A DNA stretch of 61,027 nucleotides, filler included, from Sphacelaria rigidula (taxonomy: Eukaryota), in the NCBI GenBank assembly GCA_964200075.2. It is 6 parts of 6 records of this genome, joined end to end, with 100 filler letters (N's around TTAATTAATTAA, not from the genome) between each part and the next. Parts side by side here need not be neighbours in the genome. Positions count along the whole stretch, not along the records: positions 10,191 to 20,279 come from CAXNAA020007170.1; positions 20,380 to 30,468 come from CAXNAA020007171.1; 4 more parts are not named here. One strand, written 5' to 3'. The position numbers and the translations under genes are program-made. Of this stretch, positions 10,730 through 21,870 are shown one piece after another (position 1 is the stretch's first letter; each line of letters begins with the position of its first letter). The notes under the pieces were generated by a model, which was not told where the DNA came from, searched no databases, and was given only the letters and a program-made list of their open reading frames with translations.

Positions 10730-13700
10730 GATGTACAAAATGGGTCGGACAGAGCCATCCAGTTGGGGCTGATTCAAAACTGCCCCGAACCCATCTGTGC
10801 TAACATCGGTGTGTAGTTGGAAAAGAAGTGAGCCGTCTTGTACCGCATCCCGATCCGGAAAACAAAGGACCGGTTTTTCGGTCAGTGTTTTGAGCAATTC
10901 GCGGACGGTAGCTTCCATTTCTTTAGTGGAGACAAACGGGGCGTTTTTCTTCAATAAATCGGTGATGGGCCGGATCCGCTTGGACAAGTTGGGCAAAAAA
11001 TTGCGATAATAAGAAAAGTACGCCCAACAGCGAGCGAAGCTGCGAAATATTGGTGGGCATGGGCATATCGGTCATAGCCTTGACGTTGTTCGTGTCTGGG
11101 TGCAATCCAGCAGGAGAGATAGAGTGTCCCAAAAAATCCAATTCAGTCGCTCCGAGTCGAGCTTTGGATGGAGACAATTTCAAGCCGTGTGTACGCAAGC
11201 GGGAGAGGAATTCCCGTAGAGTGCGAACATGCGCCTTGGGGGAGGCATCAAAAGCGATAGCATCGTCTAAATACATGATGACATGCTCCAGACCGTCAGT
11301 AACGCGTTGCATGAGGCGTTGAAAGCAGCCAGGTGCGGTGGCAGCGCCTTGTGGCATACGAAGCCATTCATAAAGCCCTGAAGATGTACAGAACGCTGTC
11401 AATGGAACTGTATCGGGGTGAATTGCATTTCGGAAAAATCCAGATGCGAGATCGAAAGTACTGAATATTTTTCCTTCGCCGAGAGAGTCGAAGACTTCGT
11501 CGATGCGAGGTATGGGGAGTTTTCCCACGACAGTGACGCGATTTAGCCGTTTGTAGTTCACGGTGATGCGTATGTTGCCATTTTGTGGGGGGACGACCAC
11601 AAGGGGTGAGGCCCATGGCGAAGACGATTGTTGAATCAGACCAGCTCCTAAGTATGCCTCCAAAATAGCATTGATTGTTTTGGTGAGGAGTGGATTTGTC
11701 CGATATGGTCGAGATGAGATGGGCGAAACGCCAGGTTGCAGGGTTATCTCGAATGGCACTGTTTTACAATGCCCGAGATCCGTCTTGGATAGGGAAAACC
11801 TGTCCTGGTATTCCAGGAGAGCATCGTGTAACTCTTGGATGACAGCGGGCTCCCAGCCCGGACCATGTAGATCGAAATGGATGTCACGCAAATGAGGTGG
11901 AAGTTGGTGCTACATTCGCAGGAAGTGCTCCCGAGACTCGACCGATAAGCGTTGAAGCACTTCATCAGGAGGTTCAGCAGGTGGTCGGTTGGATTCCACC
12001 GCAGAAATCCGAGTCGGGGATGATGAGGATAGATCAAAGTATGGCTCATTAATGCAGTGAATAGAGCCATTAGTCAGCGGTGTGGGATCAGGCGCCGGAG
12101 GGTCGGCCACATAGGTATCCAGAGGAATGTGCATAAGAGGAGCCGCGGCGATGCCCAAGACATCGCTAGGTTCCAAATTAGCATGGCCTGTGAGAGGCAG
12201 GAGTTATTCGTCGTCCAAGACAAAATGCTCAGTGCTAGCGGGTGCACCAACTTTAGGCAGCAACTCCGCAAGGTAGTGGTCGGTGAGGGCAGGCATACCG
12301 TTGCGGCGAACAAGCAAAACTTCCAAGAGTTGAGGCTCGTCGGAAAGGATGACACCAGAACTGCCATTGTACCGAAGGTGGTAAGCCGCGCCGGTAGCCT
12401 GCTCATTCTTTTTGTAGGCTAAGGCACCACTGAGGGTACCAAAGTGTTCTAGTTAGAGTTCTCCACGAGGCGCCGATTGAAGCGATAGTGGTGGGAGGGT
12501 GCGGTACGTACGTCGGTCGAACCACATGTAGCTATCTCTGCCAAGAAGGAGAGTATGATGCATGGTGCTGTCAGGGACGATGTAAGCCCAGACTGCGAGA
12601 CTAGCCGAACGTGTATCATTGTGGAAAAACTGCACACTAAGACGAACAGATTTTGGTGTCAACAGTGTTTTGAGTCGCCGAAACCGCCCCAAACGCGAGG
12701 TTGGGTGGTGATTTCGCAAACATCGGAAGCAGCGCTAGTCTGCTTCATATGATTCCACATGGATTATTTGATGAATGTCTGTGGACTACCGCTGTCTAAC
12801 AACGAGACGCCCTTGGCGCGCGTGGTGGCGTGAGGGCCGCAGTGTAATGCTACGCGTGTAGTGAAGGTGGCAGGATCAACGGACACCTTACCACCAACGA
12901 GGTCAGGCCCATGTTCAGATAACGTGATTTGGTCAGGATTAGTCGGACTGACCGTGAAAACGGATGGCGGGTGATCCGCAGGGGGTTCAAAGGTATCGGT
13001 AGACAGCGCGGGGGTCTGATCCGATCGTGAAGGGTAGCGTGAACCAGGATTTTGATCAATCTCGTAGATGACTGGCTTGGAAATACAAGGGTCATCATCA
13101 GAAATAGATTGCTGCGAAGTGCCACGGGGGCCATCAGGGGAGGAAGCGGTACCGTCTGAAAGGTCCGATTTGGATTCTTCTTGGATGCCTGGCAATGTCA
13201 TCGAGCTCAAAGTCGCCGCTTTGGGGGGAGAATGAGGTCGGAATTTTCCGCTGACGGGAGGGGGGCGTGTCAATGCTCGCGCGACCTTAGGGGCATGACG
13301 ACGACGCTTCCTCTCGCGCCGTGACAAATGGCTGGGAACTTCCAAAACTTCTTGGGAAACTGCAACTGCGTCCAGTTGAGGTGATGTTGTCAGCATCGGG
13401 GCATGCTTGGCCGAAACGTGTGGACTGTCCGCTGGCAAGCTCGGTACAAAGGGCACTGCTAGATGTGAAAGGGGACGAGTGTTGTCCGCTGTATGTCGGA
13501 GTAGTTTCGCGGCAGAAGGGTGGCGCGAAGATCGACTGCGATCAGGCTGGGTAGGAGTCGAAGGGTTTGAAGTGGCCAGTTTCGAACCATCAACACCAGA
13601 AACAGTCGAAGGAAGTCTGCTACAACCGGTGCGTGCGGTCGTTGAGGGAAGCCTGCGCCTCAAGGGTCCGCGGTCGGTCTTCCCACACCTCAGATATATA

Positions 13701-13930
13701 CTTAGTTCCGGAGGAACAAGTCTGGAGCTGCGTGGTGGGTCAACACAACGGTTACGCTGTGTGTATGAAGATAAAAACGGAGGTCGAGAAGAACGGCTGT
13801 CATTAGATCTCCTACATAGTGTGGAAACGTTTGGGTGAGAACGTTTTGTCACCCAAGCGGCGGTGTGTGTTGGATGAGTCTTCGATTCTGCTATCGGCGG
13901 CGCCGAAGACTTCACGCCGTCGTCGGCGTG
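10730..13930 (-). pseudogene. pol: gypsy pro-pol (aspartic protease, RT, RNase H), frameshifted
   Basis: LLDSGSPQTFI; RITVNYKRLN; FSTFDLASGF; TAFCTSSGLYEWLRMPQG; MYLDDAI; LDFLGHSIS; LHTDVSTDGFGAVL. Split over ORFs 12764-13915, 12453-12719, 11910-12176, 10923-11891, 10703-10996. Confidence 0.9.
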
Positions 13931-16900
13931 TCATGGGTCGTCGCAATCCGTCATGAAAGAACCAGCGTTTCTGGCATTGGGGTTTGAGTTGTCGTGAGTC
14001 GGCCCCGTTTGCTGGTGATGACCATGCAAAGACTGAGAAGGGCGGAAAGAAATATCTCTATGGCGAGTACCTGAGATGGTGCTGGTGGTGTGGCGGCGGT
14101 CGTGATTTGAGCGAGAGTCGCTATGATTGTGGTAAAGCTGGCGATGGTGGCGAGACGGTGTACGATACTCGCGCATGCGTTATTGCCATCGGCGCCACGC
14201 CGGCCCGTTGCTCTGAAGTTCACGGCTCATGAGCGAAAAAGTATTGATGCAAGGTTCAGGGCAGTCACGCATACTGTGGCCAGTACCATTGCAGTTGATG
14301 CATGTGTTAGCATGGCGTCGAAAAGCATCCTTGCGAGCCGAAGGCGAAAGCAAGGGGGGGGGGGCGTACGAAAGCAAGGGGGTCCACAAATGTGGGTCAT
14401 CCGTGATGAAAGCAGTTGTGGAAACGACATAAACGTCATCAAAAGTATCTGCCGAATAAGGCCAAGCGTCGAAGCTTGCTCGGAAGGGGTCTTTTTTGCT
14501 ATGAACAGACATGACCGATCCACCGACAGAATTGGGTGTTCAAGTATTACTGGACAAAGTGTGAGTGCGTCCACGAGGCCCGGAGGTACTCGTGGATGCG
14601 GCACGCAAGGTCTGCGAAGACCCAGAAGAACACTGTGCCACGAATGGCAGGCGTTGAGTTATGTTCTTGATCTACAAACGCAGTCCACATCGCATCTACG
14701 GAGGCGTAAGGCACCTCTTTGTGCGCCAAAGCGCCCGGAAACAGAGACGGCATCAGCGTCGGAAATACCTGAGCGATACTATTGCGAACATATATCTAAC
14801 ACATAGCATCACTAGGGTCATTCTGTCGGCCAGTACCAGTTACACTAGACACCAAAAGCTTGAATTCGCGTAGGTAGTCAGCAAAGGGCACGTCTGTTGC
14901 CACGGCGAAGGAACTGATGCGCTTGATGGCGCCTGCCTGATCAGACGTATCAAAATAACTTATGATGCGCCTTTCCAAATTGCCGAATAGTAGCGGCGCT
15001 GTTTGCCCGCCGGCACAATCTTGGTCCATTGCTTGGAAAAAGGAGTCGAGAATCTGCGTCAAAGAAGCAGCAACGTCAGGGGAGCGACGGCTGATCGAGC
15101 GATGTAAAGCCTTATGTAACGGGGTTTGTCATCCATCAATCCAGTCGGAGTCTTCGAAACGTTATTGTCCAGTTGCGTCGACCAACTCAAGGATGTTGCG
15201 CATAGTTCGACGCATTTAGGAAATGAGAGCGGATGTGAACTGACCAGAGTCCTCATAGCAGGCATGGTTGTGATATGCCAAAGGTTTTTGACATCCATCT
15301 GTAAGTACTCACGCTTGATTGCAGTGACGCGAGACTCTTCTCTGCAAGTATCGGAAGCGGCTTTATCAGCGGCAGCTTATTGTTTGGCTGCGGCGGCGGC
15401 AGCTAGTGACCGAGCCGAGGTAGAAGACAATGGGCGAGCCGAATTGTCACTATCACTATCAGTAAGACCTAGAAGGCGAGCAGACGCATCTGCTGAGGGA
15501 GGCGTTTCTTGCCTGATGGCCGGTGAGGGCCGTGTGGATCGCATTGAGGCGTACTGACGGTGTCTGGTTGTAGACGAGCTTGAAGATTGGTTGCCGGGGC
15601 GTTTATTGCTGCCCCGGGTTGTACGGCGACCATTGTTGTGCTTACGGGTGGTGCCCTGACCGCGACGCGGTTCGGCGCCGGGTTGGTCGTCGTCGAAGTC
15701 GTCGTCATCATCACGGTGATGAGAGGGGTGGGGTGTGATCCAAGCATTATCATCGTCGGGTGGTAGCGTGTTATGGGCGGCACGTATAGCCGTGAAAAGG
15801 GCAGCGACGGCGGTCTCGTAGGCGGAACGATTGTCCCCGGTACCGACCGTTAGGTACAGTACCAGTCGTTCGATAGTGAGGGCGCCCGGGTCGTTGTTAG
15901 GCAGTTGTCCCCCTTGCAGAAGGAAGGGGACGATCACACTGTTTATGGGCAGTGTGAGCGAGCGCCAAGCCTGCTCGGAGGCGCGTAAAACGTTGATGCG
16001 ATGATACTTGCCCGAAAGTTGGCGGAGCGTCCACGGAAGCCAAGATCGTTCGCTGCCCTGAAGGCGGAGCCAAGGTGTATGAGCAGGGGGCATTGAGGCC
16101 TCAGGGACCTACGGTTGTGCTGGCGAAGTGCGCGCAGGCAAGGCTGTAGGGGCGGCAGTAGCAGCGTATGAGCGCGAGGGCTGACGGGTCTCCGCTGAGC
16201 CTGTAAGTGCAGAGGTAGGAGCAGGCGCTGACGCGGTCGGCATTGTCCTCAGAAGAGGAAGTGTCGCTCCTGTTCCAAGGATCGGAGAGCCGAGGTGGCG
16301 ATGGTCGTGGCCGCGATGTATTGGCGCAGGCGGTGTTCATCGCGCCGGATGGTGTCGTGCATCTTGTCAAAGGCAGCGACACGCTCATTCAGAGTCTCCT
16401 GGGCCGCCTGCTGGCGGCTGGTCGCCGAGTCGACGGCTCGACGTTGGCGCGTGAGACGTGCCGTGAAGTCATCCAAAAGGATAGTAGGAGCAGCGGCTTC
16501 TGCCGATTGGCGGGGTGAGGGCGGCGCAGGGGGCGTGGCCGGTTGCAATGCCTGGTACTCAGCAAGTATTTGCTCCTGGTCTAAGCGGGGACCACGCAAC
16601 CAGAGCCGGGGCAGGAGGCCCGGCGGGCAATGCTCGACGCCCAACAGGGGGCGGTCGTCCGTGAGAGACCCTGATGCAGGCGCCGGAGCCGAACCCGTGG
16701 CAGTAGAATCCTGCGGCGAAGTGTCCGATCCCGCATCAGTGGTCGTGATGGGGGTAGCATTCGCGGCCGCCGTGTCGGGAGCTGCAGTCGCCGCCGCGGT
16801 GGGGGCGGGGGGCGTGACACGGATGCTCTCAGCATCTGTGTCGATGTCTGCAGTCGCAGGAGCTGAAGCGGCCGCGATAGGAGCGGTAGTCGAAGGTGCC

Positions 16901-18246
16901 TGGGTGTGAGTCATGGTGGAAGCAGATCGTAGGTATCGACGAAGATCTGCAATTTGTCGTTCCACCGCACGTACAGTGGCAGCATCAGGTTAGGGCGGAA
17001 GGGCACGGTTAGTGCTGCGTCCGTCTCGCAAAGGTGCGTGAATGTCTGGCAACGAGGCATCTACGGGCAATCGTGGACGCACGTGGGTCCGATCGATACA
17101 TTTAGGTCGTGAGGATCCCGTGGTTGATGATAATCCCGATAACGGAGCACGTACGTCATGGACATGAGTAGTAGTATCGCCATGGTGAAGAATGTCGTCA
17201 CTATCCAAATCGAAATCAGAGGGAACATCTGAGGTCGAACGTGCATCATCAGGGCTTGCATGCGCTGAGACAGAGGCCCGTTGGTTCGCACTACTGTCAG
17301 AGTGAACATGATCGGAAGACGCCGAATGGTGAATGGCTGTGTGAAACGCGGCCTCAAGCACTTGTGAGAGGGCCGTTGTCGCCGAATCATCTGAAATGAC
17401 AGCTGGTGATGAACGGAGCGAATTCTCAAGAGCCGTGACTAGAGGCAAGTGCCCGGTGGAAGGCTCTGCTGAGCGGCCAAGACGCGAGGAGGATGTCCGG
17501 CGCGAGGGCTGGCGAACAGAAGTGTCCTCACCATGCATGTCGCATCGTCGCGGACGTGGTAAGACATCGGAACCGTTGTGCGTCGCGCCGAGAACGTCGG
17601 AAGGCATGGACGAGTGCCGTTCGTCAACACCGCGAGCGCGGAGTGAGTCGATAACCGCGGCGGAAGCCTGGAGCGGTTTGCGTTTCGCAACAGTGGAAAC
17701 GCGTGGCGACTCGTCAGACATGTCAGAACTCCGAGACGGCGTGCGTTTCACAACAGAGCGAGCGCGTAGCGACTCGTCGATCATGTTGGAACTCCGAGAC
17801 GGTGTGCGCTTCACAACAGAGGGAGCGCGTAGCGACTCGTCGATCATGTTGGAAGTCTTGGGCAGTGGACGGTTCGCGACAGAGCGAGCGCGTAGCGACT
17901 CGTCGATCATGTCGGAAGTCTTGGACGGTGTGCGTTTCGCAACAGAGCGAGCGCGTAGCGACTCGTCGATCATGTTGGAAGTCTTGGACAAATGGCGGTC
18001 GTGGTCACCAGTAGAAGCCAAGTCTTGAGACGTGTAGTCGCCAGAGTGGAGCGCCGAAGCTCTGTCAAATTTTACTTCTTCGTGTACAGGAGAAGTAAGA
18101 GTGAATGATTTCGGAGGGAGTGATGAAAGGAAACGCTGACGGCGTAAAGATTTGTAAGGAAGAAGGGCCGAGGGGAGAATTATTTTCTGCGGTTGCGCAA
18201 TATTAAATTGAAGAGGTAAAAATGGGCGCCAGACACCAGAGTACAA
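13931..18246 (-). pseudogene. gag: Very large gag-like ORF (~4.3 kb), disrupted
   Basis: N-terminal S/T/P-rich repeats, coiled-coil segment (16249-16965), capsid-like block FAVATDVPFADYLREFKLLVS, zinc knuckle CINCNGTGHSMRDC; ends DP* at 13931. Confidence 0.75.
17690..17990 (-). repeat. 63-bp coding tandem repeat (21-aa unit SNMIDESLRARSVAKRTPSKT-like, ~5 copies) in gag A
   Basis: GCGCGTAGCGACTCGTCGATCATGT at 17762, 17825, 17888 and 17951. Confidence 0.9.
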
Positions 18247-19642
18247 TAGTTCTGGTGTAATAACAGCAGGTAGTGTATGCTCGGCAGGAGATTGTAAGTA
18301 CCGAAAAAATTAAGCAGTGAGGACTACAGAATTTATAAAAAGAGGTATACCGGAGTAGAGAAAACTGCTGTGATAATAACGATCAGCGTGATCTCGGCAA
18401 TTCCAAGTACCGAAAAGGCAGACAGCAGAGCAAAAAGGTGAAGAACTGAAGCTAAACGCCGAAAAGGGAGGAATTGCGGCAGAAATATGACACCTGTAGA
18501 GGAAACCGTGTATGGGGGGACCGCAGGAAGGCGCACTGAAGGTGTGCCAAAGGTATAAATAGTCGCAAAGGAACAACTTACAGATAAAACCAATAGTTGT
18601 CGCAAGAGAGGCGTGGTGCAAGAGCAAAACGTAACAATGAGGTGACTGTGAAAAGAGGCAGACACTCGGACAGCGCACTGTGCACGTCAAATACAACAGG
18701 GGTGGCAAGGCACACAGTGGACAAGGGTACCTCAGTAGTGCAAGTAGGACACCGCTCACAGGAGGTGTAGAAAAACACAACTTGAAACCGCGAAAGTAGA
18801 CACCAAGGCTAGTGTAGATCACGTGGCCAAAGTGAAAGCGATGTGTAAATAGTTTTTGAATTCAATACAGAAAGAGAATCAGAGGGTGCGAAATACTGAA
18901 GTCAAGTGCAGGGGTCGTAAGAGGAGACAGCCGTAGCAGTCGATGGAAACACTAATGTTGGGGCAGATCAGGCGCCAGACTGAAAGAATTACAGGGGAAT
19001 GCGAAATTTCGAAACAAAAACAACAGTGAACCGTAAAACGAACCAGATAGTACAGCGCCAAAGAGGAAAAAGGTGGATAACGTAGGATACAACCAAAGGG
19101 TGGATCCGCAGAACAGAACCAAAAGAGAAAAATGTGTCACGTAGTACACACACGAGAGAGTAAAAATGCATCACCCAGTATACACACAGAAGATGAAAAG
19201 CGCGTCGCGTAATACACAACCCAAAGATGAAAAGTGGATCGCGTAGAGCACACCCAGCGAAAAATTTAGAAGCGCGCTGGGGTGTTGTAGAAACCTGATG
19301 GAGGGTTCAGTGACAGAAGGACAGCACCGATAATTGTCAATTGTGGTAGGGCAGATTGTGACGCGGAAGAATAGATAATGTGTATAGTACTGCTACACGG
19401 TGGAGCGGCAGTTATACCTACACAGTTGCTGCACCGAAAGAAGGAAGCGTGCGGTGTGTAAGTGATGAACCAAAACACTAAAACAGTCAGTGTCAAGAGT
19501 AAGAGGACACCGCACTGTAGATACAGCAGCGGCACACAAGTGTCAACGTCCTGCAAGGAGAAAGGTATAGTCGCTTTCGCCGTAAGATAAAAGCGGCGTG
19601 TTCTGGATCTGTCCAGTAAGGTATAATGGCAGAGTGATGCTA

Positions 19643-19874
19643 CGGTAGGGGTGCACAAATATTCTCTGAGATTAGAATTGTTAGGAGCCCTTCATCTCAT
19701 ATAGAACACGACCTATGAAAATATGTGAAAGTACGCCAGGATCACTACTCCAATGTGGGGATATCCCGAATGAATTTGCAAACCGGGATGCCCGGACCCA
19801 TATTTTTGTGCATCTAGAATCGTTGGGAGCCCCTGAACTAGACATGATTTCGCGAAAAAAGTGCACCCCTGCCG
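19643..19874. mobile_element. Tc1/mariner-type MITE
   Basis: TIRs CGGTAGGGGTGCAC / GTGCACCCCTGCCG, with TA on both sides. Confidence 0.65.
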
Positions 19875-20279
19875 TAGCATTGCTCGTCAACTGTCCGCAA
19901 GGGTTTACAACAAGCAATCTGACACAGCGCTGGGCGGGATATTCGGCGAGCGATGTGGGGCAGGAAGGACGATGACAATAGAGCAAGCACTACAGATCAA
20001 GAGTGCTGCTCAGCAAAAGGAGCGACCAAAGCAGGAGAAGGACAAAGACCGAGTGCGCCAGCGGTGGATGCGCAATTGTGGCTGCTGCCAAGGGCGCACA
20101 AAAAAAAAATCCTGGACCCACACTACCATTTTTTCATTTTTGGCCCGCCGAGGGGGGGGGGGGGGGGGGCTACACTAATTTCAGTATATATCGAGTCAAC
20201 CAACTTGAGTAAACACTAACTTACTACACGATACCCTATCCTGATCAACACTGACCTTAAATTGGGCACTCTATAATCC

Positions 20280-20379
20280 NNNNNNNNNNNNNNNNNNNNN
20301 NNNNNNNNNNNNNNNNNNNNNNNTTAATTAATTAANNNNNNNNNNNNNNNNNNNNNNNNNNNNNNNNNNNNNNNNNNNN
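20280..20379. other. Artificial assembly spacer
   Basis: N44-TTAATTAATTAA-N44. Confidence 0.97.
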
Positions 20380-20984
20380 CGGGGTATAAGAGGACCCAAA
20401 AGGGCCAAAATGGGGTATATTTTGATATGATTTTAGTATTGAAAACGAGTTTTTTTTTTCCTTTTTTTTTCTCAGTGAGCATCGTCTGTACGTCATCTCT
20501 CGAAGGAGCCCAACTGCAGCATGATCGTGAGCATTGAAATACCCACACGATTAAACGTCCAGAACGATACAGACTTATGGGACAGAGGAAGTATGAGATA
20601 TGAAGGGCAGTGCAGTGGAAAATGTTACAACAGGGTCGGGCACAGTACCGTGCAGTACAGTAACCGTACCGTTGCACGCGAGGAATGCCGACGAAGGCGT
20701 TTCTACCGCGATAGGGTACCGCGGTTTTGTCTTCATTGAATCATAAACTTGACACCCTGGGCGGGTTAGCACGTTTTCAGCTTGTCGATAGTGTATGTAG
20801 ACACTACAATTTCAGGTCCTGACGATTTAGGCTGATACGCTCTGGTAGGAAGTGTATTAGGCACGCTATATGCTGTTCACATCGTCAAGGTCGAATGGGT
20901 TCGTGCCGACGTGTGCTGAACACGAGGGTGCTCCCCGGACAACATGATTCCGAATGAGCTTCACCCACCGCCGATGGATATATG

Positions 20985-21870
20985 CAAGGCTGTGTTCTGT
21001 AAGGTACGGCTTTCTGCATTCCCTGTGTATTTTGACGGGTATTTACCGTACTCGACAGTTTTGTGACTCATGTAAGACTTTCGTACCGATACCCGACAGT
21101 TCTGTGAATTCTGTAAGACTCCCGTACCGTTACCGGGGGGCTAAGGTACGCCCTTGATAAGATACCCGGTTGCGGGTACCGTTTTCTGTACAACCTCCAT
21201 ACCATACCCTACAGCTCTGTGAGTTTTGTGAGCCTTCCGTACCTCAAACAGACGGTTCTGCGAGTTTTGTACAAAACATTTATCCCAACCCAAGGGCAGG
21301 TACGCCCTAACAGAGTTACCCGATTGCCAGTACCGGTTTTCTATAAGCCTCCAGTACCGTACCCGACAAGTTCGGTAAAGACTTTCGTACCGGTACCCGA
21401 CAGTTCTGTGAATTCTGGAAGACCTTCATATCCGTAACCGGTAGTTCTGTGAGTTCTGCAAGACTCCCATACCGTCACCGGGGGGCTAGGGTACGCTCTT
21501 GATAAGTTACCCGGTTGCGGGTACGGTTTTCTGTACAAACTCCATACCCAACCCGACAGTTTCTGTGAGTTCTGTCAACCTTCCATGCCCTTACCCGACG
21601 GTTCTGTTAGTTCTGTACAGAACATTTACCCCAACCCGCGGGGCGGATATGCTCTAAAAGACTTACCCGATTGCCGGTACCGGGTGTCTGTAAGTCTCCC
21701 GAACCGTACACGACAAGTTCTGTAGTTCCTGTAAGAATTTCATTCAGTACCGATACCCAAACGTTTTGTCAACTCAGAGATTTTCAGACCGGCACCCGAC
21801 AGTTCTGTAAGTTTTGTACGGAATCTCATACCCTACAGAACGTACCCGTACCTTACAGAACACAACCTTG
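20985..21870. mobile_element. Non-autonomous TIR element with internal degenerate tandem repeats
   Basis: TIRs CAAGGCTGTGTTCTGTAAGGTACGG / CCGTACCTTACAGAACACAACCTTG. Interior is built of CCCGACAGTTCTGTGA...CTGTAAGAC units. Confidence 0.75.

Larger units (their letters stand above)
10730..19640 (-). mobile_element. Ty3/gypsy LTR retrotransposon, copy A (decayed; integrase absent from this piece; 5' boundary approximate)
   Basis: Order gag (CCHC knuckle), protease (LLDSGS), RT (YLDD), RNase H. Colinear homology with copy B at 44136-50841. Confidence 0.9.

Noticed and set aside
13931-13933. Selenocysteine reading of the conserved UGA
   Set aside because: No redox motif context and no SECIS visible; generic readthrough is simpler.
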